A stretch of DNA of 64,000 bases, taken from IMG/VR virus record IMGVR_UViG_3300011008_000071, positions 32,001 to 96,000 of that record; one strand, 5' to 3'. Source of the stretch: a virus. Its lineage: Duplodnaviria; Caudoviricetes. Numbering within the stretch: position 1 is the first letter of the stretch; each line of letters begins with the position of its first letter. The translations under genes were made by a program, and so were the position numbers. Shown here in pieces: positions 1 to 9,281 of the stretch. Below the pieces are notes generated by a model. The model was given only the letters and a program-made list of their open reading frames with translations. It made no database searches and was not told the DNA's origin.

Positions 1-134
1 GTCATGACAATCCATTTTCTTAAGCAATGAATAACATCTGACAAGTTTATCACTTGAGTATTTTGGAAATGGGAATGGCATCTGGCGGGCACTCGTAAAT
101 ATATCATGAAGATATTCATCGTAATTTTTAAATA
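1..134 (-). CDS. Partial open frame running off the window end; possibly the frameshifted continuation of 128..1045
   Basis: Minus frame reads VFKNYDEYLHDIFTSARQMPFPFPKYSSDKLVRCYSLLKKMDCHD with no stop to the window edge; joins the upstream ORF if one G of the G6 tract (135-140) is skipped. Confidence 0.45.
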
Positions 135-1045
135 CCCCCCTTGAGAAGAACTTCAAAGTCTTTGGCAAAGAATCCCTCTCGAATGATATACTGTTTAATT
201 CCTTCTGGAACAAATAATGACCTACGTTCATCATATTCTTCTTTTGAGAAGAGACCATCGTATTCATTCTTATCCCCATGATACCTGGCTCCATCCAGAT
301 CTACCAGTGCAATAAGTTCGGTATTGTCATTAAATATGGCAAAATCCCAGTGTTTTGTCATATTCTCAACAGTCACTGGATAATTTCGTTCGAAGTAGTA
401 CCCGTTTACAAGATGAGAATGATCAAACATGCTTGCAAATCTCTCATCCAGAGAATTGAAATCTTTCTTACCGCTACTTTCATTAGCAATAATTTTGCGA
501 CTGTGTTCAGCTCGTTTTTCTGGGGTTGCTTTAGCCCAAATATCTATCGAATGTTGACTATGCTTATCTTTGAACTCTTGGCTACTATCTCTCCATCTTC
601 GTCTTGCAGCTTCCCTTTCTGCCTCAAGCTGTTCAGGAGTCTTGGCAGCATGTCTCCGGCGGTTTGATTCGCTATGAGCCTCGGAAATCCGTTTCCGTTC
701 CTCATCGGTCTGGTTGGCAAACCATTTTTTCCTTCCGGGATTGACGTTTTCATCAAGCCACTTTGTTCGATCTTCCTTGGTTCCCATTTTTTCCCAATAT
801 GCGATCTTCTTCTCAGAAACGCTTTTGTAGTGAGCGTTTTTCTGTTCTTCCGTCCGAGCAGCGTTTCTTTCTGTCATCATCTTAGATCTATACTTGGTCA
901 TACAATCATGACACCTGAATGGACGCTTTTCACGTTTGATTGCATCATATGAACTCCTTGCACATTCATATATGCAACCACAGTCTGCACATTTAACTGT
1001 AACTTTAGGTGATTTCATAAAATCACATCCTTTCTTAATAGTCAT
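128..1045 (-). CDS. Putative endonuclease: Zn ribbon + NUMOD3-like helical repeats + Vsr/DUF559 (EDxHD)-like nuclease domain
   Basis: CADC...CHDC; basic repeats such as EERKRISEAHS; C-terminal WDFAI...VDLDGARYHGD. Likely start at 1018 after an RBS. Confidence 0.65.
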   Translation of the reverse strand: MTIKKGCDFMKSPKVTVKCADCGCIYECARSSYDAIKREKRPFRCHDCMTKYRSKMMTERNAARTEEQKNAHYKSVSEKKIAYWEKMGTKEDRTKWLDENVNPGRKKWFANQTDEERKRISEAHSESNRRRHAAKTPEQLEAEREAARRRWRDSSQEFKDKHSQHSIDIWAKATPEKRAEHSRKIIANESSGKKDFNSLDERFASMFDHSHLVNGYYFERNYPVTVENMTKHWDFAIFNDNTELIALVDLDGARYHGDKNEYDGLFSKEEYDERRSLFVPEGIKQYIIREGFFAKDFEVLLKGGI

Positions 1046-1107
1046 ATTTATAATATATAATCAAAAAAGAAAATGAAGATCACGGGAGCGTTTGCTCCCG
1101 TGCTCTA

Positions 1108-1942
1108 TTATTTTAACTCAAATTTGATGATTTCAATCATCTCACTGACTGTTGGAGCATTCATATATGAATATCCGAATGTCAGTATGTTGCCCGATGC
1201 AAAGGAGTTCACTGCTTCACCTGTGAAATCGTTCTTTCTGATATTTCCGTTCTTGTCTACTTCTTCATACGTCTGATTCTGTGACAAGTTCGGATACTGC
1301 CCAGATTTGAATTCTTCATTGATGAATGCCGCCTTTGCCAGTAGCGTGGAGCCATCGAGATTGGAGATTATCTTAACAGATGGATAAAACGCTCCCATAT
1401 CAAAGTCGACTGCGTTGATAAATATATTATTCGATTTACTTCCGAAGACATCTTCCCCGACATAGTCATTCATCAATGGGTTCGCATTAATAGCTCCTTT
1501 GAAAGAAGCCTTCTTCTCCACCTCGGCATTTTCATCTTCGTCTTCATCATCTCCGCCATAAAACTTCTTCTCAGTTGGGTCTTCTTCTGGTACCTTTAAT
1601 GTATTCAGATTATTACCCTGAACCCATCCTTCTTCCTCGAAATACTTCTCACGAACATTTCTGAGCAGATGTGTTTCTTTGAAGATTTTATTATATGGAG
1701 TAAGATTTTGATGTGATCTCATCCAGAAAGTTAGTAGGTCGTTTACCTTCCTTTCTATCCCATACTGTAAAAGGCAATCCTTCACATTATAGCATAGAAA
1801 TAACCCAAAATTTTCATACGGGAACCGGATAATATTACCATATTCACTGTAATCAACTTTCTTATCTTTCAGCTCTTTATCGGAAATAGAATTTAGAGAG
1901 AATGACCTTATCTTATGCTGGCTCTTACGTATGGACGCGTAC
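1108..1942 (-). CDS. Family B DNA polymerase N-terminal subunit, exon 2 (ExoIII + polymerase motif A)
   Basis: Frame open from 1942: YASIRKSQ...YNVKD (ExoIII)...DFDMGAFYPS (motif A); in frame with exon 1 after splicing, giving 621 aa. Confidence 0.85.
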
Positions 1943-3119
1943 CAATTATCTTCAGTATGATTCGCAACATCATACCCGCTTTATTCAAGCTGCACTGTAT
2001 CTCTACAGTAGTTGAGACTATATCTTATATCATTTCTGATATCTCCCCATTTCCTTTTACGTGTAATCATTCCACTATTACACAACCCATTAGCTTGGTA
2101 AGTACTCTACTGTCTAACCCAGGGTATTTCCCCGTCTGGGTGAAGATGGTCGATAGTCGTTGAAGTTTATTTATGCTTATATCTTATATCATAAATGGCA
2201 TGTATTATTTTATTGATACTAATGCCTGGAAAATGGGTTTGAATTTCTCTTGCTGATAATCCATCGTAATACAGGATACGAATATGATTCTTCTGTTCAT
2301 CCGTCAATGGTGCCTTTAGATGACGATATGATTTTGGGATATTGTATTGAGATGAAATATTGACTCTTTCTTTCCCCATTGAAACACTTTGAACTGTGTG
2401 AAGTTTGACACCAGTCATCTTTGCAATTTCTTTTGTTGGTAGTCCTTGTTCTAATAATGAGCATACGATGTGAATATCAGCATCTGTATATTTAGAAGCA
2501 TGATTATCGTCACCATAATGTTTATGGTGTAATCCAGTCTTATATGCTCTATAAGAATTTTCACTGTATGTTACCCATTCAAGATTTGAGGCATTGTTGT
2601 TCTTTGGATTTCCGTCAACATGATCAATCACAAGACCTTCGTGCCATCCGCCACACCATACTGTTGCCACCATTTTATGAACTTGCACATATGTTGGTTT
2701 ACCTTTCTTGAATCTTAGCCCCAATACATGATATCCATGGGGATTTGTTCCCGGCTTCATTATAACATCACTAATTTCACTATATACTCGCCCGTCTCTG
2801 GATACGAAATACCTAGTTGGAATTTTATTATGGTGAAAATATCTGACAAATGGTACATCACCAATGTAGATTTCACCTTCCAGGATTTCATTCTCACTAA
2901 TTTCATAATCTTCCATTCTTGCCATTAAATCACCTTCTTTCTTTTATTTTTAATTGATATAAGCATAAATTTTACTTGCGGATTGTCTCTATTCACATAC
3001 TTTTTACCATACCTGAGTGATTAGTTCAGCCATCATGCACATCACTGCCATGACTTGGTATATGCGACTTAACAAGAGTTCCCCGACAATTAAAGGAGTT
3101 TATTGAGAGCATATCGTTT
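1943..3119 (-). mobile_element. Group I self-splicing intron in the DNA polymerase gene
   Basis: P1: exon GAGAGU pairs with GCUCUC (U.G at the splice site); P-like AAUUGUCGGGGAAC; Q AAUCCGCAAG (~2975-2984); R UUCAACGACUA (~2154-2164); S AAGAUAUAGUC (~2016-2026); terminal G; splicing restores QMRVYASIRK. Confidence 0.9.
2167..2925 (-). CDS. Intron-encoded HNH homing endonuclease (NUMOD4 + HNH + HTH; I-HmuI-like architecture)
   Basis: YFVSRDGRVYS; VHKMVA...IDHVDGNPKNNNASNLEWVTYSEN; lies between intron Q and R elements. Confidence 0.9.
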   Translation of the reverse strand: MARMEDYEISENEILEGEIYIGDVPFVRYFHHNKIPTRYFVSRDGRVYSEISDVIMKPGTNPHGYHVLGLRFKKGKPTYVQVHKMVATVWCGGWHEGLVIDHVDGNPKNNNASNLEWVTYSENSYRAYKTGLHHKHYGDDNHASKYTDADIHIVCSLLEQGLPTKEIAKMTGVKLHTVQSVSMGKERVNISSQYNIPKSYRHLKAPLTDEQKNHIRILYYDGLSAREIQTHFPGISINKIIHAIYDIRYKHK

Positions 3120-4150
3120 ACTCTCATCTGGCATAAATATTGTGTGAATGATGTGACATATAATGAGTCATATTGTTTCTCAAGTTGCCACGTTGATTTA
3201 TCAGCTCTGAAATATGCTTTCGGGTTTGGTATCTCTGGGCTACATACGATGGAGGTTGGGTCATATCCCAGTACTTGTATCCTGGCTAGCAGGTATGGAA
3301 TATCGAATCGCATATTCCATATCAGACAGTAGTTTGGTTTCCTTGTATTGATCAGATTGAATACATCCGCAATCAGATCTATCTCCTGATCATATGTCCG
3401 GAGATGATATTCGAACTTACCATACATAGCATCGAATCTGGAGTGGAGATCATCTATGAAAGCCTGTCTATTATTTATTATGGATTCATACTGCTGGAGT
3501 TGGGATTCATATAGTTTGTACCGTTCCTCATACTCGGTTGAATTCCTTCCGCTTCTGGATGGGACGAAGGGCTTTAGTACAAACGTGAATACTTCCATTG
3601 TGTCTTCTAGTATGACTGTAACGCAGTTAACCGGAGCATACGCTGTTTCCGATACATGGCCCATATCAACCCTATTATCGATTATATCAACCTCGATATC
3701 GAGATATGCTTTGGACAGATGGGGTTTGTTCAACGGATACTTGTCATACCATTGCTTCATATAATAGTATTCGGGTTGGAAGTCACACCCATAACAATAT
3801 GGCCAAGCATACAACTGATTCATGATTCTCAGATCATGTCTCTCATAGGATTTGCGAATGATCGACTCGCCCCATTCACCGGCAGCATGACCGATTGCCA
3901 GTCGAATATTGGAATATCTGCAGCGGATCTTGTCCATGTGAGACATTAGCTCTTGTGGTTTGTTATATGTGTAATTCCGGAACTCTTCCTTCACAATCCA
4001 GATGTCGACATCTGCCGCAGCTTCTTCATAATGGACTTGACCGTTATCGTCTGCATACCATACTTGGAAGCATTCTTTCACGCCCTTCTTCCTATCAGGA
4101 CGAACATAATGGACATTTAACAACGTTGGATGTTTACCCTTAATTGCCAT
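3120..4150 (-). CDS. Family B DNA polymerase N-terminal subunit, exon 1 (3'-5' exonuclease ExoI/ExoII)
   Basis: YLDIEVD (ExoI), WNMRFDIPYL (ExoII); the ORF-track tail after YLCQMRV is intron read-through. Confidence 0.85.
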
Positions 4151-4170
4151 TTAATCACTTCTTTCATAAA

Positions 4171-4202
4171 AGTTAAAGGCCGGAATATTCCGGCCTTTAA
4201 CT
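4171..4202. terminator. 32-bp perfect palindrome, probable terminator hairpin
   Basis: AGTTAAAGGCCGGAATATTCCGGCCTTTAACT between genes. Confidence 0.6.
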
Positions 4203-4219
4203 CAATTACTGCAGGAAGA

Positions 4220-4522
4220 TTACTCTTCTTCGACGATTGCAACGCCGTACTCGGAAGCAGCCATATGTTCCATCTTACATCCGCGGGAGTTATCCCATCC
4301 CTTGGCAAAGAATGCAACATCTGCTTCAGACAGAAGCTGGAATGCCTTTCCCAGTAAATACAGCGGCTTGAACTCCGATGTCATGTCCTTCATGAAAGAA
4401 TCGATAATCTCGACTTCCTCATTCGGGTACTTCTCAATGACCTTGGCAACCGCATTCTTGCGTGTGTTCTCGATCTCTTCATTTGATTTGCCCTGCATGG
4501 GCTGTGATATGAATATCTTCAT
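4220..4522 (-). CDS. DUF4406-like protein (nucleoside 2-deoxyribosyltransferase-like fold)
   Basis: MKIFISQPMQG...ADVAFFAKGWDNSRGCKMEH. Confidence 0.75.
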   Translation of the reverse strand: MKIFISQPMQGKSNEEIENTRKNAVAKVIEKYPNEEVEIIDSFMKDMTSEFKPLYLLGKAFQLLSEADVAFFAKGWDNSRGCKMEHMAASEYGVAIVEEE

Positions 4523-4537
4523 GATGTTACCTCCTGA

Positions 4538-4813
4538 TTATATGTGCCAATGCTTCTTGTGTTTCTTATGCTTCTTCTTACTGGTTACATAGAAGCTGAA
4601 GCCTGTGAGCTTCTTATTCTTCTTACCCTTGTTCTTATGACTGTGCTTCTTCTTTTTCTTCTTCTTGTCATCGGCAAACTCGACGATACCCATGATGACG
4701 TCATATGCCGCTCTGGGAGTACCGTTCTTCTTGGTGCCGAAGATGTACTTCTGGACACCCTCAGGTGTTGCCAGAACCGACAGATTTTCTGCAAGTATGC
4801 TTTTCTCACTCAT
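4538..4813 (-). CDS. Small Lys/His-rich basic hypothetical protein
   Basis: AGGAGG RBS; poly-K and KKHKKHKKH tail. Confidence 0.65.
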   Translation of the reverse strand: MSEKSILAENLSVLATPEGVQKYIFGTKKNGTPRAAYDVIMGIVEFADDKKKKKKKHSHKNKGKKNKKLTGFSFYVTSKKKHKKHKKHWHI

Positions 4814-4830
4814 TGTGAATTCCTCCTGGA

Positions 4831-5712
4831 TTATTTATTTGGGTCTGACCAGCTGTCGATCGGAACCGAGAACAGCTTCTTGGTCATTCGTAATGCCTTC
4901 TTGGTGGTTTTGGATTTCCTCTTGTTGGAAGCATGTTTCCGTACATCTCTTTCCAGAGACTTGAGCTGTTTCTTGCTCACTGTGTATACACGGAGCCAAC
5001 GCTCGGTAAGTTCTTTACGAAGTTCCTTCTTCCATCCTTGCTTACCTGGGATGAAGTCCTTCAGAAACTCTTTGATGATCTTCTCATCCTTGTTGATGTC
5101 TGACTTATCTTGTGCGATAATTACACCGTGTCTGTTGAACTCCTTCTTCGGGGATTTGGAATTCTTGAAAACTCTGGACCTGCCATAGTAATCCTTTTTG
5201 GATTTCTTATCATTGTAATTGCCCATGATATCGACGAATGGGTTGTCCGGTTCTTCTTCATCCTCATCATCCGTTTCACAACCATCAAATTCATCATCCT
5301 CGTCATCATCTGTTAGGCCGTCTAAGAATGACTGGAAATCATCCCCGCGTTCCCATGATATATTCGCCATCTTGGGAACGATGGCTTTTGCAATGATGCT
5401 CTCAACTGCCAAAAAATCATTAACCCAAGACAAATCGTCACAGTCATCATCGTCCAGTATTCCATCCGTGACGAAGTCCAGTGCAGTCCCAGGCAAGTTC
5501 TTCTGGAATAATCCAACCAAAGAAGCAGCCAGCTTCTCCGGTTCGATCTTAGCCAACTCTAATGCTGGGTACAGTACAGAATATCCGTCTTCGACCTTGT
5601 TGGCATTGATCTTCTCTCTTGTTGACAACACCCTGCCATACTTCCTGACACTGAGAGTGGTTGTCATCTTCTCTGTAGGTATTACGTAAATACTTATCGT
5701 CTTACGCTCCAT
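4831..5712 (-). CDS. Hypothetical protein (acidic linker, basic C-terminus)
   Basis: 293-aa ORF with RBS in a minus-strand operon. Confidence 0.75.
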   Translation of the reverse strand: MERKTISIYVIPTEKMTTTLSVRKYGRVLSTREKINANKVEDGYSVLYPALELAKIEPEKLAASLVGLFQKNLPGTALDFVTDGILDDDDCDDLSWVNDFLAVESIIAKAIVPKMANISWERGDDFQSFLDGLTDDDEDDEFDGCETDDEDEEEPDNPFVDIMGNYNDKKSKKDYYGRSRVFKNSKSPKKEFNRHGVIIAQDKSDINKDEKIIKEFLKDFIPGKQGWKKELRKELTERWLRVYTVSKKQLKSLERDVRKHASNKRKSKTTKKALRMTKKLFSVPIDSWSDPNK

Positions 5713-5735
5713 GAATTGTTTCCTCCTTATCCGTA

Positions 5736-5966
5736 TTAATCATCATCGAACGACTTAAATACATTCTTGTCTCCCTTTCGTAATTTTTTAACTAACTTCC
5801 TGCTTATGTCCAGTGCCTCCTCTACATTTTTCTTGTCAATACCCTTTGGAATGATCATTACGTCTGTGAACATCGACAGATAATCTTCAATAGCATCTGC
5901 CAGTATGTCCAAATCCTTTTGGTCAATATCCTTCGGGTCTATATAGCCATATTCAAACCCAGCCAT
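5736..5966 (-). CDS. Hypothetical protein
   Basis: ORF with AGGGGAG RBS before the ATG at 5966. Confidence 0.65.
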   Translation of the reverse strand: MAGFEYGYIDPKDIDQKDLDILADAIEDYLSMFTDVMIIPKGIDKKNVEEALDISRKLVKKLRKGDKNVFKSFDDD

Positions 5967-6043
5967 ACTCAACTCCCCTATGTTTAAAATTATTCAATGT
6001 CCTGATATAAATATAATATATACTCATAAGGAGGTCATTGTAA

Positions 6044-7342
6044 ATGATCATTAAATCAATCGATATTGCAGGTGCAACCAATACCCTGCGATATGCAATA
6101 TCTAAAGGTATCCCTATATTCAATAATCAAGCTATAGTAAATCTGATCGAATCTGAGATGTATTTCATGGTAACATATGCTGATGTCACGATGCTTGAAA
6201 CATTTCTCTTCGCTCAGAAGTACCGTGACAATATGTGGATTCTGAAATCAGATCAGCCTGAAATGCCTGATGATGACGAACTCTCGGTGGTATTCACCGG
6301 CGAGGTCATGTCAGACGACAAACAAAGCAAGGTTAAGACATTTGAACTTGCGAAGACTGCGATTGATCAGTTCCTCAGCATCTACAAGCAAATGCTTTCC
6401 GACTTCGACATCATACAGCCTGGTGTTGCAATTGAGTTTGCCCCTATGATATCCAGACGCTATGAGATACGTATTCCCGTTCCCTTCAGCCTCGTTCTTG
6501 GAACATTCCAGGATGAGGATTCGTTCAAAGAATTCTTCAGTATATTGAATACCAATGGTAACAATGAAATCGTTACATCCAGTAAATATTCTGGGCTGAT
6601 GAATACCCTGAGCACGCTGTTTGTCCGCAATACGTCCATTCCTATATATGATAAGGCGTTCGTTGCACTTGTTAATGCGATCAAGTACGGCTCTCTTAAC
6701 AGGGTTCAGTCGGACAAACTGTATCGGTACAAACTGATCGGTGTAAACAAACGTAACCGGGAAAAGAGTGAAGATTATTTCAGCTCAATGTTCAATACTA
6801 CTAAGGACGAGCTTCAGGCTAATGTTAACAATATGACACGGTTTGCAGGAGTCCCTCGCGCGAACTTCGCTGTCGAACTCCCTGTACAGAATATGCTTAA
6901 ACTGCTGAACTCCTTCTCGAGTGAGGAGCTCCCCGTGAACTTCATGTCTTCAATGAAGCAAATGGTAGATATGATTGAATATCTGCTGAATAACATCCAG
7001 AATGGAATTGTGAATCCATCTCTTGATCTCAGTAATCCCGAAGCACCTGCTTTGGTCGAAGTAAAGAATCGGGTGGATGCATATATCACACGGATCAATG
7101 AAGCCACCGGAATCATGCTTACGGCAATTCAGAAGATGATCGAACTTCCCGATCAGAAGTGCGATGTGACTTCAATATTCGCATTGCTGCCATCGATCGT
7201 TCTCACCAGAGCGGTGATTGAGGTAAGTGATGAGAATATTGGGAAACTGATGTATCGTCAGGATGACCCCGTGAACATTGCGATGTTCAATGATATCAGT
7301 CTCATTATCGAAAGTATAGATGATCAGTTCGGTAACAAGTAA
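6044..7342 (+). CDS. Hypothetical protein
   Basis: 432-aa ORF, AGGAGG RBS, followed by a hairpin. Confidence 0.8.
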   Translation: MIIKSIDIAGATNTLRYAISKGIPIFNNQAIVNLIESEMYFMVTYADVTMLETFLFAQKYRDNMWILKSDQPEMPDDDELSVVFTGEVMSDDKQSKVKTFELAKTAIDQFLSIYKQMLSDFDIIQPGVAIEFAPMISRRYEIRIPVPFSLVLGTFQDEDSFKEFFSILNTNGNNEIVTSSKYSGLMNTLSTLFVRNTSIPIYDKAFVALVNAIKYGSLNRVQSDKLYRYKLIGVNKRNREKSEDYFSSMFNTTKDELQANVNNMTRFAGVPRANFAVELPVQNMLKLLNSFSSEELPVNFMSSMKQMVDMIEYLLNNIQNGIVNPSLDLSNPEAPALVEVKNRVDAYITRINEATGIMLTAIQKMIELPDQKCDVTSIFALLPSIVLTRAVIEVSDENIGKLMYRQDDPVNIAMFNDISLIIESIDDQFGNK

Positions 7343-7346
7343 CAAC

Positions 7347-7376
7347 ATGATGGAGCCCTACGTAGGGCTCCATCAT
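7347..7376. terminator. Bidirectional hairpin between convergent genes
   Basis: 30-bp perfect palindrome ATGATGGAGCCCTACGTAGGGCTCCATCAT. Confidence 0.65.
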
Positions 7377-7972
7377 ATTACTAGTCGTCTGAACATGATC
7401 GTTGATATGAACGGGAGAATGATCGAAGCCATACCATATATGAGTTCCTTATTTTCCCGAATAACTTTCTTGAGTTTCCGAATACGTCTTTTGAACCAGC
7501 CTTTGATTGCACCGATAAATCGAGCAAGCCGTGTTCCACGGTCAAGATTGTTCAGGTTAATTCCGGACTGTGCCTGGAGCATCTGCAGTTCTGCATCGAT
7601 ATCCTTCAACTGAACATTGATTGCAACGATTCGTCTGACATCTTTCTTCTTACCAATATCAAGTTCACTGAGTTTCTTCCTCAAACGGTCACGTTTACCG
7701 ATTAGCTGCATCATCTCAATCTGCATTTCTTTGATGTCTTCAGATCTGTTCTTGAGATATTTCTTCTCCTTCTTAACGACCCAATCTTCTGTTACGATGA
7801 CAGGACCGTTTGCTCCTTTGCAGCCCGTAATGAAAGGCATTGGAACCTTCTTGATCCTCTGTGCTGGGATCGGATCGTTCTCATGTTCGTCATCATATTG
7901 TCTGTCTGCTTCCAGAAATATGGATGGGACATGAGATCCTCTCAGATAGAACTCTGGGTGTGAATGTTTCAT
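7373..7972 (-). CDS. Hypothetical coiled-coil protein with C-terminal hydrophobic segment
   Basis: 199-aa ORF; LIYGMASIILPFISTIMF tail. Confidence 0.7.
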   Translation of the reverse strand: MKHSHPEFYLRGSHVPSIFLEADRQYDDEHENDPIPAQRIKKVPMPFITGCKGANGPVIVTEDWVVKKEKKYLKNRSEDIKEMQIEMMQLIGKRDRLRKKLSELDIGKKKDVRRIVAINVQLKDIDAELQMLQAQSGINLNNLDRGTRLARFIGAIKGWFKRRIRKLKKVIRENKELIYGMASIILPFISTIMFRRLVI

Positions 7973-8589
7973 TCTAAATTCCTCCTTGTAATAGTTTCGT
8001 AATTGTAATCAGGCATACCCAGATGCCAATCATATTGTACCGGTTGTGGATTAAACAGATCCCCTTCATTCCACATCTTTATCAGATTTTCCCAAGTACT
8101 AGACCCTTCTGTATAATGGTATAGACAGTTTTTGGACTTAAGTCGATCGATAATTAATACAAATTCCAATCTAGATAATATCTGATGCATCTTCTGATGC
8201 ATAATATATTCATTCGAAATAAGTGAAAGACATATCCCGTTTGCATAATTGATACTATCCAACTGGTTTCTGAATATATTTATATGTGGGATATTTATCT
8301 CTGTACAATTGCCCAGGGAGGCTTCTATACCCAAATTCTCATTAAATAAGATGATTGGATCTCCCGGGCCGGCAACAAACCCTGGATGATATATGTGGCC
8401 AACTTGTAAAGCATCTTCAATTGTATCAAAATGACCATATGCAATACAATCCTCTTCAATCCATCCATCAGAACCTTCCACCAAATATTCCCAGGAGTCA
8501 CCGGCATATCGGAAGTTCCTTACATTCGTAAACCCAAACGGATCATGTAGGAAAACTTCCTCTCCTATAGTAAACTTTGGATTATTCAT
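7969..8589 (-). CDS. Hypothetical protein, PHxH paralog family member
   Basis: IPHINIFRN...GICLSL...TWENLIKMWN...MPDY; similar to 8582, 46112 and 46755 ORFs. Confidence 0.75.
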   Translation of the reverse strand: MNNPKFTIGEEVFLHDPFGFTNVRNFRYAGDSWEYLVEGSDGWIEEDCIAYGHFDTIEDALQVGHIYHPGFVAGPGDPIILFNENLGIEASLGNCTEINIPHINIFRNQLDSINYANGICLSLISNEYIMHQKMHQILSRLEFVLIIDRLKSKNCLYHYTEGSSTWENLIKMWNEGDLFNPQPVQYDWHLGMPDYNYETITRRNLE

Positions 8590-9157
8590 CGGCTAATATT
8601 TCCTCCATTTCCTTAGAGTTAATATTATTACCGAAATAAGTCAGTTCATCAAAGTCATAAGCCGGGATCTTTGTTCCTGGTTTAATTCGATAATTGGTGT
8701 TTAACATATTCCAACCTGACGCAAAATATTTCCACCATGAGAATACTCGGTAGTTCCCATCCCGTTTTGCACATGGCGACTTTATTTTGTTATATCTTAA
8801 TTGGTACACCAATGATTCAAACTGTTTTTTACCAATAACATCTTGGTGTTTCCCGTGATTGAAACAAGTATTATTGACCAATGATAAGCACATCCCTCGA
8901 TTGTACAGATCCCGATACCCTCCAGTATCTTTGTCATATATGTGTATGTGAGGGATAGGTCCTTCATCGCTGAATACATACACATATATGAAATCCTTCT
9001 TGTGTTGATCGATATAAATTTTACCTTCATTATCAGGGATCTTAAATTTATGAGCCTCGAACATAAGGCTCAGATAATTATCTACTGGATAATCAAGAAG
9101 GTCAAAATCATCCGCATAATCATCTTCGGTGAATATTAAATCATCCATATTATGCAT
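8582..9157 (-). CDS. Hypothetical protein, PHxH paralog family member (DUF4160-like motif)
   Basis: SDEGPIPHIHI...GMCLSL...FNHGKH...WWKYFASGWN...IPAY. Confidence 0.75.
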   Translation of the reverse strand: MHNMDDLIFTEDDYADDFDLLDYPVDNYLSLMFEAHKFKIPDNEGKIYIDQHKKDFIYVYVFSDEGPIPHIHIYDKDTGGYRDLYNRGMCLSLVNNTCFNHGKHQDVIGKKQFESLVYQLRYNKIKSPCAKRDGNYRVFSWWKYFASGWNMLNTNYRIKPGTKIPAYDFDELTYFGNNINSKEMEEILADE

Positions 9158-9238
9158 TCCTTTCTATAGATTTTTAAAATGTATAAAATCGCTTAATTTG
9201 AGTAATCCTCCTAAATCACTCCATATTAATAATATATA

Positions 9239-9272
9239 TGCATAGAAGCGGGTTTAAACCCGCTTCTATGCA
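9239..9272. terminator. 34-bp perfect palindrome after the giant tail gene
   Basis: TGCATAGAAGCGGGTTTAAACCCGCTTCTATGCA. Confidence 0.65.
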
Positions 9273-9281
9273 ATTGTGTGT

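Noticed and set aside
3026-3119. ORF-track C-terminal tails of the polymerase and of beta' (48939-49003)
   Set aside because: Read-through into intron sequence beyond the predicted 5' splice sites.
6044-7342. Chimallin (phage nucleus shell) candidate among the large hypotheticals (also 41224..42873)
   Set aside because: No recognisable chimallin features by eye; tubulin alone does not imply a nucleus. Needs an HMM or structure search.
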